From an uncultured bacterium (GTDB lineage Bacteria; Omnitrophota; Omnitrophia; Omnitrophales; Aquincolibacteriaceae): DNA of 64,000 nucleotides. Position 1 is the first letter of the stretch, and the number at the start of each line of letters is the position of its first letter. Below the pieces are notes generated by a model. The model worked only from the letters and a program-made list of their open reading frames with translations. It had not been told where the DNA came from and made no database searches. The position numbers and the translations under genes are program-made. Positions 38,776 through 47,467 of the stretch are shown here, piece by piece. Where the stretch lies: positions 136,304 to 200,303 of the forward strand of contig CAZSFZ010000001.1 in assembly GCA_964606385.1 (NCBI GenBank), given 5' to 3'.

Positions 38776-39659
38776 TTGAGGACCCCCAGTTTTTTGAGGA
38801 CTTCCGCGAGCTTTTTCTCATTCTCCGGCCGCATTTCGCAAAGCGGCAGGCGGAGCTCCGGCTTGATCTTCCCCATCATGCCCAGCGCTGTCTTGACGGG
38901 GATCGGGTTCGTTTCGATGAAAACCGTTTTGGAGATCGGATAAAGTTTCTTATGGATCTTGCGGGCCTCTTCCATTTTTCCGTCCAGAGCGGCCTGCACC
39001 ATGGTCTTGACCAAACGAGGGGCGATATTCGCGACGACTGAGATCACGCCGCGAGCGCCGATCGCGATCAGGGGGAAATTCAGGGAATCCTCTCCCGAAA
39101 GCACCGGCATGTCGCAAAGCTGCATGATCTGGTCGGCCTGGTCCATGCTCCCGCTCGCTTCCTTGATCGCCACGATCGTGTCGATCGCGGAAAGCCTCGC
39201 CACCGTTTCCGGCGCAATGGAAACCCCCGTGCGGCCCGGCACATTGTAGAGCACCATCGGGATATCGACGCGGCTTGCGAGATATTGATAATGACGGAAC
39301 AGGCCTTCCTGTGTCGGTTTGTTGTAATAAGGCGTCACGACGAGCACGCCGTCGGCCTTGATCTTTTTGGCATGCTGGACGAGGCCGAGCGCTTCCGTCG
39401 TGTTGTTCGAACCGCAGCCGCAGATCACCGGCGCGCGGCGGTTCACGTACTCCACGACAAAGGTCATGGTGTCGCGATGTTCCTGGTGCGACATCGTGGC
39501 GGATTCGCCCGTGGTGCCGCACGGAACGATCACGTCCGTGCCTTCTTTCAGGTGAAAATCAATAAGCCCTTTGAGCGCCTTGTGATCCACCTTGCCGTCC
39601 TTAAACGGCGTGACCAGCGCGACCATGGAACCTTCAAAAACGGATTTTTTCTTTTTCAT
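38772..39659 (-). CDS. dapA: 4-hydroxy-tetrahydrodipicolinate synthase
   Basis: At 295 aa, it has the VALVTPF...VPCGTTGES motif and a 4-nt overlap with dapB. Confidence 0.85.
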   Translation of the reverse strand: MKKKKSVFEGSMVALVTPFKDGKVDHKALKGLIDFHLKEGTDVIVPCGTTGESATMSHQEHRDTMTFVVEYVNRRAPVICGCGSNNTTEALGLVQHAKKIKADGVLVVTPYYNKPTQEGLFRHYQYLASRVDIPMVLYNVPGRTGVSIAPETVARLSAIDTIVAIKEASGSMDQADQIMQLCDMPVLSGEDSLNFPLIAIGARGVISVVANIAPRLVKTMVQAALDGKMEEARKIHKKLYPISKTVFIETNPIPVKTALGMMGKIKPELRLPLCEMRPENEKKLAEVLKKLGVLK

Positions 39660-40468
39660 TGGAAATATTCCCCTTTGTAAACGAATTGGGCTTTGCCCTC
39701 CAAAAAGACTTTGGTGATCTCATCCCCCTGCTTCTGCATATCGATCCGGAGTTTCTCGCCGCTTTGGGTCAGCACGCTCACGGGAGAACCGACCAGCCCC
39801 TTAAGCACGCTTATGACGGCCGACGCGGTCGAACCCGTCCCACACGCGAGCGTCTCGTTCTCGACACCGCGCTCATACGTCCTCACGGCGATCTCTTTCT
39901 TGCCCCTGACCTCCACAAAATTCACGTTCGTTCCGAAGGGTTGGAAACGCGCGTGGTTACGGATCGCCTTTCCCATATCGAACACGGGAACTTTCCCGAG
40001 GTCTTCCGCGAAGATCACCGTGTGCGGCACGCCGGTGTCCAGGAACGCATAACGCACTTTCTGCTTGCAGGCTTCCAGTGTGTTTTCCATTTCAAAAATA
40101 CGCGGCTTCACCAGCTGCACCTTGATCTGGTCTTTTTCTCCGACCACCGCTTCGATCAGTCCGGACCCGGATTCAAAGGTCATGCGCGATGAATATTTCA
40201 AAATGTTGTAAGCATAAAGCGCGATGCAGCGGAAACCGTTCCCGCAGGCCGCGGCTTCCGAACCGTCCGAATTGATGATCCGCATCTTGAAATTCGCCGT
40301 CTTGGAATTCTCAAAAAGGAGGACCCCATCGGCCCCGGCCCCAAGATGAGGACGGCAGATCTCGCGGGTGAACGCAAGCGCGTCCTTCACGATCCCGCGG
40401 CGGTTGTCCACCACCACAAAATCATTTCCCGAAGCGACCATCTTGTAAAAAGGAATAGAGTTTTTCAT
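39656..40468 (-). CDS. dapF: diaminopimelate epimerase
   Basis: It has SGNDFVVVD and the two catalytic Cys contexts (ACGNG; ACGTGS). The start is taken at ATG 40466-40468 (MKNSIPFYKM). Confidence 0.85.
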   Translation of the reverse strand: MKNSIPFYKMVASGNDFVVVDNRRGIVKDALAFTREICRPHLGAGADGVLLFENSKTANFKMRIINSDGSEAAACGNGFRCIALYAYNILKYSSRMTFESGSGLIEAVVGEKDQIKVQLVKPRIFEMENTLEACKQKVRYAFLDTGVPHTVIFAEDLGKVPVFDMGKAIRNHARFQPFGTNVNFVEVRGKKEIAVRTYERGVENETLACGTGSTASAVISVLKGLVGSPVSVLTQSGEKLRIDMQKQGDEITKVFLEGKAQFVYKGEYFQ

Positions 40469-40517
40469 CGTCCAAACTAAGGTTAAGGACTTGATGCGAC
40501 TCAAGTTGCGAGGGGCG

Positions 40518-40546
40518 TATTGTACCAAAGAACCGCTTTCCGTGGA
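40518..40546 (-). promoter_or_regulatory. putative dapF promoter (minus strand: TTCCAC-17-TACAAT); the -35 overlaps heptad AACGG motif locus 3 (40531-40556)
   Basis: The revcomp reads cgtttcccgTTCCACggaaagcggttctttggTACAATacgcc, 43 nt upstream of the dapF ATG. The motif copy ggaacgggaaacg sits at 40543-40555. Confidence 0.4.
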
Positions 40547-40598
40547 ACGGGAAACGTCTATAGGAAAACCGCTGAAAAACGAGCCTTGTTCTCTTCAG

Positions 40599-41786
40599 CT
40601 AGACTAGAATAATACGAGCAGGCTCGAAGCCGTTGAAATTAGGCACAGCGCTCGCGCAGGAATAGGCGCCGATATTTTTGGCGTAGACCACATCGCCCGG
40701 ATAGAGTTCCGGAAGCTCTTCGTTGTTGGAAAGGATATCGAAGGAATCGCAGGTCGGGCCGGCAAGCGTGCTCTTGTACTTGGCTCCGCGCCGCAGGGTC
40801 TTGAACTCGTACTTGCAGTGGTCAAAGACCATCCCGGAAAAATCCTGATAGACCCCGTCGTTCAGGTAGTAAAAATTCTGGTTGTCGCGGAACGCCCGGC
40901 CGATCACCTGCGTCACGAGGATCCCCGAAGGCCCCGCGAAAAAACGGCCCGGTTCGGCGATGAATTCCGTCTGCTTTGAGAAAAGGGCTTTCATTTGCTT
41001 GCGGATCTCGGCCGCCATGCGCTCGAAGTTGATGCCGATCTCGTTCTCGAAGTGCTGGATCGGGAACCCGCCGCCGATATCCACGATCTTAAGCGGCATG
41101 TCGTTCTCTTTCGCTTCCCGAAAAATATTCGCGGTGAGCTCGAGCGCCTGCAGGTAATTTTCGACGTTCGTCGACTGAGACCCGACATGGAAACTCACGC
41201 CCTTGGGCACAAGCCCGAGGCTCTTCGCCTTCCGGAGAAGGTAGAAAGCCTGGTCCGGCTCCGCGCCGAATTTAAGCGAGAGCTGCACCACACTCCCCCG
41301 GTTCGCGACCTTAATGCGGACGATCACATGCGCCTTGGGGAAATTCTCGGCGATCTTGTAGAGCTCGGCTTCGTTGTCGAACGTCATCAGTTTGACGCCG
41401 CGGCGGCGCGCTGTGTTGAGATCTTCTTTAGATTTGATCGTGTTCGCGAAAATGATGCGGCCCGGGGACACACCGTGTTTCAGCACCGATTTCATCTCGG
41501 CCGCGCTTGCCACGTCAAAGCTCGCGCCGAGTTCCGCGAAGGTCTTCACGATCTTCGGGTTCGGGTTGGCCTTGATGGCGTAGTACGGTGTCACTTCCGG
41601 AAAGGCCTTCGTAAAGCGGGCGTACTGCTTTTCGAGCACGCTCTTGCGGATCAGCATAAAAGGGGTTTTATGCTTTTTGAGCATCGTGCGGATAAGGTTT
41701 TCGACCCCGGAGATCTCGGCCGGTTTCGGCGGCTTATTGATCAGGATAGGCGTATTCCCGTTCAGGGGCGGTGCCTGTTTTATCAA
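40599..41786 (-). CDS. ornithine (or lysine/ornithine) decarboxylase, PLP fold-III, eukaryotic-type ODC family
   Basis: It has YAIKANPNP (the PLP lysine), GGGFP, and the active-site Cys context GPTCDSFD. The ORF-track start is a TTG 3 nt after the hss stop. Internal ATGs at M35 or M44 are alternative starts. Confidence 0.75.
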   Translation of the reverse strand: MIKQAPPLNGNTPILINKPPKPAEISGVENLIRTMLKKHKTPFMLIRKSVLEKQYARFTKAFPEVTPYYAIKANPNPKIVKTFAELGASFDVASAAEMKSVLKHGVSPGRIIFANTIKSKEDLNTARRRGVKLMTFDNEAELYKIAENFPKAHVIVRIKVANRGSVVQLSLKFGAEPDQAFYLLRKAKSLGLVPKGVSFHVGSQSTNVENYLQALELTANIFREAKENDMPLKIVDIGGGFPIQHFENEIGINFERMAAEIRKQMKALFSKQTEFIAEPGRFFAGPSGILVTQVIGRAFRDNQNFYYLNDGVYQDFSGMVFDHCKYEFKTLRRGAKYKSTLAGPTCDSFDILSNNEELPELYPGDVVYAKNIGAYSCASAVPNFNGFEPARIILV

Positions 41787-41789
41787 CGC

Positions 41790-43298
41790 TTAGACCCTTT
41801 CGTCCACAAGGAATGATTTGAACTGCCAGAGGTCTTTTTCCCGGGGGGCCTCGGACCCGAACTTCAGATATTTTTGATTGAGGTTCTTGAGCGGCGTCCA
41901 ATCCGAGGGGATCGAGACGAGCGGGACGATATAAGGCGTCGCGAACTTCAGGATGAATTCATGATCGATGTCATCCGGAAGCAGGAACCCTTCTCGGGGG
42001 TTCTGGATCATCCAGAGCGCGGCCGCGACGACCGAGACCGCGACCTGAAGCGTGGTCGCCTGCTGATGCGGAACAAGCTTGCGCGTCGTGTGGATATCGA
42101 GAAGACTGCCGCACCACCACGACTTGAAATCGTGCCCCATAAGGAGCACGCCGAGTTCATCGCGGCCGTCAATGATATCGTCAGAAAGGATGCGCTGCTT
42201 TTCCTGCATCTTGTACTGACGCATCCGGAGCTCGTGCATGGAAAGGATCGCCGCGTCCGAAGGACAATACGCGTAATGCACCGTCGGGCGATAAACGGCT
42301 TTGCCGTTCTCCCAGACCGTCAGCCGGTCCGAAAGACTGTAAGCTTCTCCATGACGGATCACCATACCGTTGATCTCGCCGCAGGGCACCCAGGAACGGA
42401 CCCAGGTGTTCATGCCAAGGGTCCCGAGACAGATCTGATTCTTAGGACCTGTTTTGTGTTCAAAACCATCTTTCGGAAGTTTCTTTTCGTGGGTCCCCCA
42501 TCCCATTTCGGCCGGAGCCACACCTTCTTCGTAAAAGCCTTCGATCGACCAGGTGTTCACGAACTCATTTACCTGTTTCGGCTTGTCCGTGATCTGGGTG
42601 TCGCGTTCGCTGACATGAATGACCTTCGTACCGGTCACTTGCGCGAGCTTCGGGAAATTCTTCTCGACGAGGAAGCGCTTAAGGTCCTTGACGCGCGGAT
42701 CGGAAGGTTTTGTTTGGATGATCTTTTTGGCGATATCGATCAAGGCCTTCTTCGTGAAATGGGAAACCAGGCCGGGATTCGCGCCGTGGTCCACGATGGC
42801 GGTGGTGCCTTTCTTGTTGCCCCACTTGTCCGTCATGAGCTTGCGGAGCTTCATATGGCGGTGATAGAGCGTGTACTGCGTCGGATCGGTCCGCTTGTCG
42901 TCACGGTACGGGTCCCATTCCTCGACTGAAGTATTCACATAGAGGACATTGTTCGCGCGGCACCAGTCGAGGATCTCCCAGCAGTCGATATTCCAGGCAA
43001 GATCGATGATCATGTCCCCGGAACCCACGTATTTCGCGAGAAGCTTCTTGTAATTCTGTTCGGTAATCTTATCGAAGACGTAGCGGACGCCTTTTTTGAG
43101 GGCGTCTTTCACGCGGGCGCGGTTGTCCACGAAATCCATGATCGTGATGTTCTTGGCCGGCATTCCGAAGTGCCGGAGCACAAGCGGCACGGTGCACTGC
43201 GACACGCCCCCGCATCCGAGGATGAGGAGTTTGCCTCCGAATTTCACTTTGGTTTTAGGAATGCTCGCCTTGACCTTCGGGTATTTAAATCCGCTCAT
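41790..43298 (-). CDS. hss: homospermidine synthase
   Basis: The translation shows extended similarity, recalled from memory, to bacterial HSS. Matching segments are LILGCGGVSQ (NAD-binding), DTQITDKPKQVNEFVNTWSIEGF, AEMGWGTHEK, AVYRPTVHYAYCPSDAAILSMHEL, DELGVLLMGHDFKSWWCGS, LQVAVSVVAAALWMIQNP, TPYIVPLV..DWTPL and the C-terminal DLWQFKSFLVDERV. The start is taken at ATG 43296-43298, which has a GGAG Shine-Dalgarno sequence. Confidence 0.75.
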   Translation of the reverse strand: MSGFKYPKVKASIPKTKVKFGGKLLILGCGGVSQCTVPLVLRHFGMPAKNITIMDFVDNRARVKDALKKGVRYVFDKITEQNYKKLLAKYVGSGDMIIDLAWNIDCWEILDWCRANNVLYVNTSVEEWDPYRDDKRTDPTQYTLYHRHMKLRKLMTDKWGNKKGTTAIVDHGANPGLVSHFTKKALIDIAKKIIQTKPSDPRVKDLKRFLVEKNFPKLAQVTGTKVIHVSERDTQITDKPKQVNEFVNTWSIEGFYEEGVAPAEMGWGTHEKKLPKDGFEHKTGPKNQICLGTLGMNTWVRSWVPCGEINGMVIRHGEAYSLSDRLTVWENGKAVYRPTVHYAYCPSDAAILSMHELRMRQYKMQEKQRILSDDIIDGRDELGVLLMGHDFKSWWCGSLLDIHTTRKLVPHQQATTLQVAVSVVAAALWMIQNPREGFLLPDDIDHEFILKFATPYIVPLVSIPSDWTPLKNLNQKYLKFGSEAPREKDLWQFKSFLVDERV

Positions 43299-43344
43299 TT
43301 TGTTTCTTTTTCTCCGTTCTCCGGTTTTGAAGTTAGGGGCCCGA

Positions 43345-43409
43345 ATATTACAACAAAAAAGAGACACCTTCAATCAATTCGAAGGATTTCACGAAGGATC
43401 GGAAGGTGT
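43345..43409 (-). terminator. rho-independent terminator immediately after lysA
   Basis: The stem is acaccttc (43364-43371) paired with gaaggtgt (43402-43409), with an inner ccttcg/cgaagg pairing. On the minus transcript it is followed by cucuuuuuuguug. Confidence 0.6.
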
Positions 43410-43410
43410 T

Positions 43411-44685
43411 TTAAACTCGTTCGCCGCGGACGAGGTCCTGGTAGGTCTCGCGTTTACGGACCACCTTAAAAGCGGAACCTTTGACCATCACTTCGCACGC
43501 CCGGGGACGGGAATTGTAATTCGAAGCCATGGTGAATCCGTAGGCGCCGGTGGTCATAATGGCCAGATGATCGCCCGCTTTCATTTCCAGGAGCTCGCGG
43601 TTCTTCGCGAAAAAATCGCCGCTTTCACAGATCGGCCCGACGACATCGTAGACCCACGCGTGCGCGTTTTCGTTTTTCGCAACCGGCCAGATATGATGAA
43701 AGGCGTTATAGAACGCGGGACGGATGAAATCATTCATGCCCGCGTCCACGATCGCGAACTTCTTCACGTCCGTTTCCTTCACATAGATCACCTTCGTCGC
43801 GAGAATGCCGCTGTTGGCCGCGATGAAACGCCCCGGCTCGAAGATGAGCTGGAACTTCCGTTTTTTAAAAAGAGGCAGGATCTTCCGCGCGAATTCATCC
43901 GCCGTTTGGGGATTTTCATCGCTGTAAATGGCGCCGAGGCCGCCGCCCAGGTTCAAGAATTTGATCCTGATACCGTCCTGCTGGAGCTCATCGATGAATT
44001 CCAGGATCTTCCTGAAAGCTTCCACGAAGGGGTCCCCGTTCTCGATCTGGGAGCCGATATGCACATGCACGCCCGTGACCTGCGCATGGCTGAAGTTCCT
44101 CGCGCTTTTGAAGATCTCGCGCGCCTTCTCAAAATCGATGCCGAACTTGGTCTCGGCCTTGCCCGTCGTGATGTATTCGTGGGTATGCGGGTCCACATTC
44201 GGATTGATCCGGAGCGACACGTTCACTTTCTTGCGCATCTTTTTGGCAATCGCGTTGATCTGTTCGAGTTCCGGCATGGATTCCACGTTAAAAAGAAGGA
44301 TCCGGGCCTTAATCGCCGCGCGGATCTCTTCCGCCGTTTTCCCGACGCCGGCGTAAACGATCTTCTTGCCCTGGCATTTCGCTTTTTTCGCCCGGAAAAG
44401 TTCCCCGCCGGAGACAATGTCCAGCCCCGCGCCTTTTTTGACGAGCGCGCGAAGGACCGCCAGGTTCGAGTTCGCCTTCACCGAATAGCAAATGAGGGGT
44501 TTCGCCGACCGGAAGGCCTTCTGGAGCTTGGCGAGATGTTCCGTGAAGGTTTTCTGGCTGTAGATATAAGCGGGCGTACCCGTTTTTTTCAGGATCTTCG
44601 AAGCGCGGACCTTATCGCAATAAAGTTCGCCCTTCTTGTAATAGAAGTCGTGCATTTTCTCTTCGTGAAAATCGGTACGGGACAT
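43411..44685 (-). CDS. lysA: diaminopimelate decarboxylase
   Basis: It has the PLP fold-III CYSVKANSN motif, a GGG motif, the CESGD active-site context and about 420 aa. Confidence 0.85.
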   Translation of the reverse strand: MSRTDFHEEKMHDFYYKKGELYCDKVRASKILKKTGTPAYIYSQKTFTEHLAKLQKAFRSAKPLICYSVKANSNLAVLRALVKKGAGLDIVSGGELFRAKKAKCQGKKIVYAGVGKTAEEIRAAIKARILLFNVESMPELEQINAIAKKMRKKVNVSLRINPNVDPHTHEYITTGKAETKFGIDFEKAREIFKSARNFSHAQVTGVHVHIGSQIENGDPFVEAFRKILEFIDELQQDGIRIKFLNLGGGLGAIYSDENPQTADEFARKILPLFKKRKFQLIFEPGRFIAANSGILATKVIYVKETDVKKFAIVDAGMNDFIRPAFYNAFHHIWPVAKNENAHAWVYDVVGPICESGDFFAKNRELLEMKAGDHLAIMTTGAYGFTMASNYNSRPRACEVMVKGSAFKVVRKRETYQDLVRGERV

Positions 44686-44715
44686 TTCAACACCTCATTC
44701 ATTTAACGTCATTGC

Positions 44716-44800
44716 GAGAAGCCTCGAAGCGGCGACGCGGCAATCTGGTTTAAATCGAGATTGCTTCGCTATCTACGCGGCTTGCAATGGACAGGAACCA
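44716..44800 (-). promoter_or_regulatory. structured intergenic element between argH and lysA (nested inverted repeats)
   Basis: There is an inner perfect hairpin gcaatct-N11-agattgc. An outer pairing cgaagc...gcttcg and cattgcgagaagc...gcttgcaatg has bulges. Confidence 0.35.
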
Positions 44801-44820
44801 TTCGACCTAAAAAACCAGCC

Positions 44821-46197
44821 TTACAACGTTTTCTTCCATGCGGCAATCGTTTGCCTGACCTGAGCGGGATGCGTGCTTCCGATCGTTTTCTTGCCTTTGA
44901 CGGACTCTTTCGCATCAAAAAGATCGTGGATGTCCGCGCCGAACTTGGGCGAGAACTTTTGCCACTCCTTGACGGACCATTCCCGAAGCCTTCTCTCGGA
45001 TTCGATCGCCTGCCGGACGGTCTGGCCCACAAGAGCATGCGCTTCGCTGAAGGGAACTTTTTTCCTCACCAGATATTCCAGGATGTCCGTCGCGAAAAGG
45101 CTGTCGTCATCAAGCGACTTTGAAAGCGCTTTTTTATTCCAGCTCGCGGAGCCCACGGCCAGCGCCAGAAGCTCCAGCGCGATCCCCGTCTTTTTCACGG
45201 CGTCGAATACCCCGGGCTTGTCCTCCTGAAGGTCCCGGTTATAAGAAAGCGGCAGGCCTTTTTGAACGGTCAGAAGGGCCTGAAGGTGACCGAAGATCAC
45301 GCCGGCCCGGCCGCGCACGAGTTCGAACACATCCGGATTTTTCTTCTGCGGCATGAGGCTCGAGCCCGTCGCGAACGCGTCATCGAGCTCCACGTACCCG
45401 AACGCCTCGGAATTCCAGAGAATGAAATCCTCCGAAAGCCTTGAAAGGTGGGTCCACAAAATGGCAAGGGCGCTCAGGATCTCCGCGAACGATCCCCGGT
45501 CGCTCACGGCCGCCATGCTGTTTTTCGCGATCCCGGAAAAACCAAGTTCTTTCATAAGGAATTTCTGGTCCAAAGGCAGGGCGGAACCCGCGAGCGCGGC
45601 CGAACCGAGCGGCAGAATATTGATCCTTTTCATAGCATCCGCGAGACGTCCGTTGTCCTCATCCAGCATTTCAACATAGGCCAGGAGGTGATGCGCGAGA
45701 AGCACCGGCTGCGCTTTCCGCAGATGCGTCATGCCCGGGAAGATGAGGCCTTCCACTTTTTCCGCGGCGGTCACGAGCGCTTTTTGGAGTTTTTTATTCC
45801 TCAACCAGATCTCAGCGACCTTCTCCCGGAGATAGATCCGGGTCGAAGTGATCACGAGATCGTTCCGGCTCCGTCCGGTATGAAGTTTTTTCGCCACCGC
45901 GCCGGCTTTTTTCTCAAGTTCCGCCTGGATCAGCGTATGGATGTCTTCATATTGGCAGGCGTAGGCCGCAAGGTCTTTGCCCCCGAAGCTCTTTTCGATG
46001 GCGGCGAGCCCTTTCAGGATGGCTTTAGCTTCCGTTCCGGTGATGATCGCGATTTTCGCGAGCATTTTCGTCCACGCACGGTTCACGCGGAGCTCCGCGT
46101 CAAAAAGCTCCTTGTCCGTCGCGAGCGAATAGCTGAAGCATTTGAGCGCCGGATGCATTTCCTTCTTGAACCTTCCACCCCAGAGTTTTTTTGCCAT
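44821..46197 (-). CDS. argH: argininosuccinate lyase
   Basis: At 458 aa, it starts MAKKLWGGRF and carries the fumarate-lyase signature GSSLMPQKKNPD. Confidence 0.9.
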   Translation of the reverse strand: MAKKLWGGRFKKEMHPALKCFSYSLATDKELFDAELRVNRAWTKMLAKIAIITGTEAKAILKGLAAIEKSFGGKDLAAYACQYEDIHTLIQAELEKKAGAVAKKLHTGRSRNDLVITSTRIYLREKVAEIWLRNKKLQKALVTAAEKVEGLIFPGMTHLRKAQPVLLAHHLLAYVEMLDEDNGRLADAMKRINILPLGSAALAGSALPLDQKFLMKELGFSGIAKNSMAAVSDRGSFAEILSALAILWTHLSRLSEDFILWNSEAFGYVELDDAFATGSSLMPQKKNPDVFELVRGRAGVIFGHLQALLTVQKGLPLSYNRDLQEDKPGVFDAVKKTGIALELLALAVGSASWNKKALSKSLDDDSLFATDILEYLVRKKVPFSEAHALVGQTVRQAIESERRLREWSVKEWQKFSPKFGADIHDLFDAKESVKGKKTIGSTHPAQVRQTIAAWKKTL

Positions 46198-46205
46198 AAA
46201 CCACC

Positions 46206-46286
46206 TTAGCGTATAGGGTTTAGGGTATAGGGCATAGGATATAGTTTCGCTTTTCTAAACCCCATCCCCTACCCACTATCCTCTAA
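46206..46286. repeat. telomere-like palindromic intercistronic repeat element, copy A (argG stop to argH Shine-Dalgarno)
   Basis: The sequence is ttagcgtatagggtttagggtatagggcatagg...ttttctaaaccccatcccctacccactatcctctaa. It is about 85% identical to copy B at 49603-49676, has the inverted-repeat core gggtttag/ctaaaccc, and has G3/C3 tracts. Confidence 0.7.
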
Positions 46287-47467
46287 TTTTTGTACATTCC
46301 CTCGTACGGAAGTCCCCAGATCTTCATGAAACCGGCCGAGGCTTTCCGGTCGAACATGTCGCCTTTCGAGTACGTTGCTAATTTTTCTTTATAAAGAGCG
46401 TATTTTGACTCGCGTCCCACACAGATCGCATGGCCCCGGTCGAGCTTGATCCGGACTTTTCCCGTCACACGCGCCTGATTGGACGCGAAGAAAGCGTCGA
46501 GCGACCGCTTGAGCGGCGAGAACCAGAGGCCGAAATACACAAGCTCCGCATATTTTTCCGTCAGGAGCCGCTTGTAATGGAGAAATTCCCGGTCCATTAC
46601 AAAGCCTTCGAGTTCTTCGTGGGCTTTTAAAAGCACATCGGCGGCCGGCGCTTCGTAAACCTCGCGGCTTTTGATCCCCACGAGTCGGTTCTCGATCATA
46701 TCAAACCGCCCGACGCCGTACTGTCCGGCGATCATATTCAGTTTTTCGATCAGGTCCACAAGCGGCATCCGGGCCCCGTTCAATTTCACCGGCACGCCTT
46801 TTTCAAAAGTAATCTCAATATAACGCGGTTTCTTCGGGGCCTTGGCCGGAGCACAGGTCATGACATACGCGGCTTCCGGCGGCTCGACCATGGGGTCCTC
46901 CAAAATCCCAGCTTCGATCGCGATCCCCCAGATATTTTTGTCGATCGAGTAAGGACTTTTCTTGGTCACATCGATCGGGATCTCGCGCTCGAGGGCGTAC
47001 TCGATCTCTTCTTCGCGCGTCTTGAATTCCCAGTCCCGGAGCGGAGCGATGATCTTCAGTTCCGGATCAAGCGTTCTGACGCCCACCTCAAGCCGCACCT
47101 GGTCATTCCCTTTCCCCGTGCAGCCGTGCGCCACATAACCAGCGCCTTCTTTTTGCGCGACTTCTACCAAGTGTTTGGCGATCAGGGGCCGTCCAAGCGC
47201 CGTCGCGAGCGGGTACTTTCCTTCATAACGCGCGTGCGCCCAAAGCGCCGGCATGATGTAATCCTTCGCGAATTCTTCCTTGAGGTCCACGATAAAGGTC
47301 TTGATCGCGCCCGCGGCCTTGGCTCGCTTGATCAAGGGCGCTTTTTCCTTCACTTCGCCGATGAACGCCGAAAAGCAGATCACGTCCAACCCGTGGTTTT
47401 CCCCGAGCCATTTCACCGCGCAAGAGGTATCAAGCCCTCCGGAATAAGCCAATACGACTTTCTTCAT
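46283..47467 (-). CDS. argG: argininosuccinate synthase
   Basis: At 394 aa, it has the AYSGGLDTS PP-loop. Confidence 0.9.
   Translation of the reverse strand: MKKVVLAYSGGLDTSCAVKWLGENHGLDVICFSAFIGEVKEKAPLIKRAKAAGAIKTFIVDLKEEFAKDYIMPALWAHARYEGKYPLATALGRPLIAKHLVEVAQKEGAGYVAHGCTGKGNDQVRLEVGVRTLDPELKIIAPLRDWEFKTREEEIEYALEREIPIDVTKKSPYSIDKNIWGIAIEAGILEDPMVEPPEAAYVMTCAPAKAPKKPRYIEITFEKGVPVKLNGARMPLVDLIEKLNMIAGQYGVGRFDMIENRLVGIKSREVYEAPAADVLLKAHEELEGFVMDREFLHYKRLLTEKYAELVYFGLWFSPLKRSLDAFFASNQARVTGKVRIKLDRGHAICVGRESKYALYKEKLATYSKGDMFDRKASAGFMKIWGLPYEGMYKN

Noticed and set aside
40618-40634. ccgttgaaatt inside the ODC coding region, resembling the rnc/AsmA leader element
   Set aside because: Only the 9-nt core matches and it encodes NFNGF in frame, so it is likely coincidence.
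44716-44800. Lysine riboswitch upstream of lysA
   Set aside because: The intergenic space (about 135-165 nt) and the observed hairpins do not match the size or conserved L-box features I can recall. This cannot be excluded without an Infernal scan.
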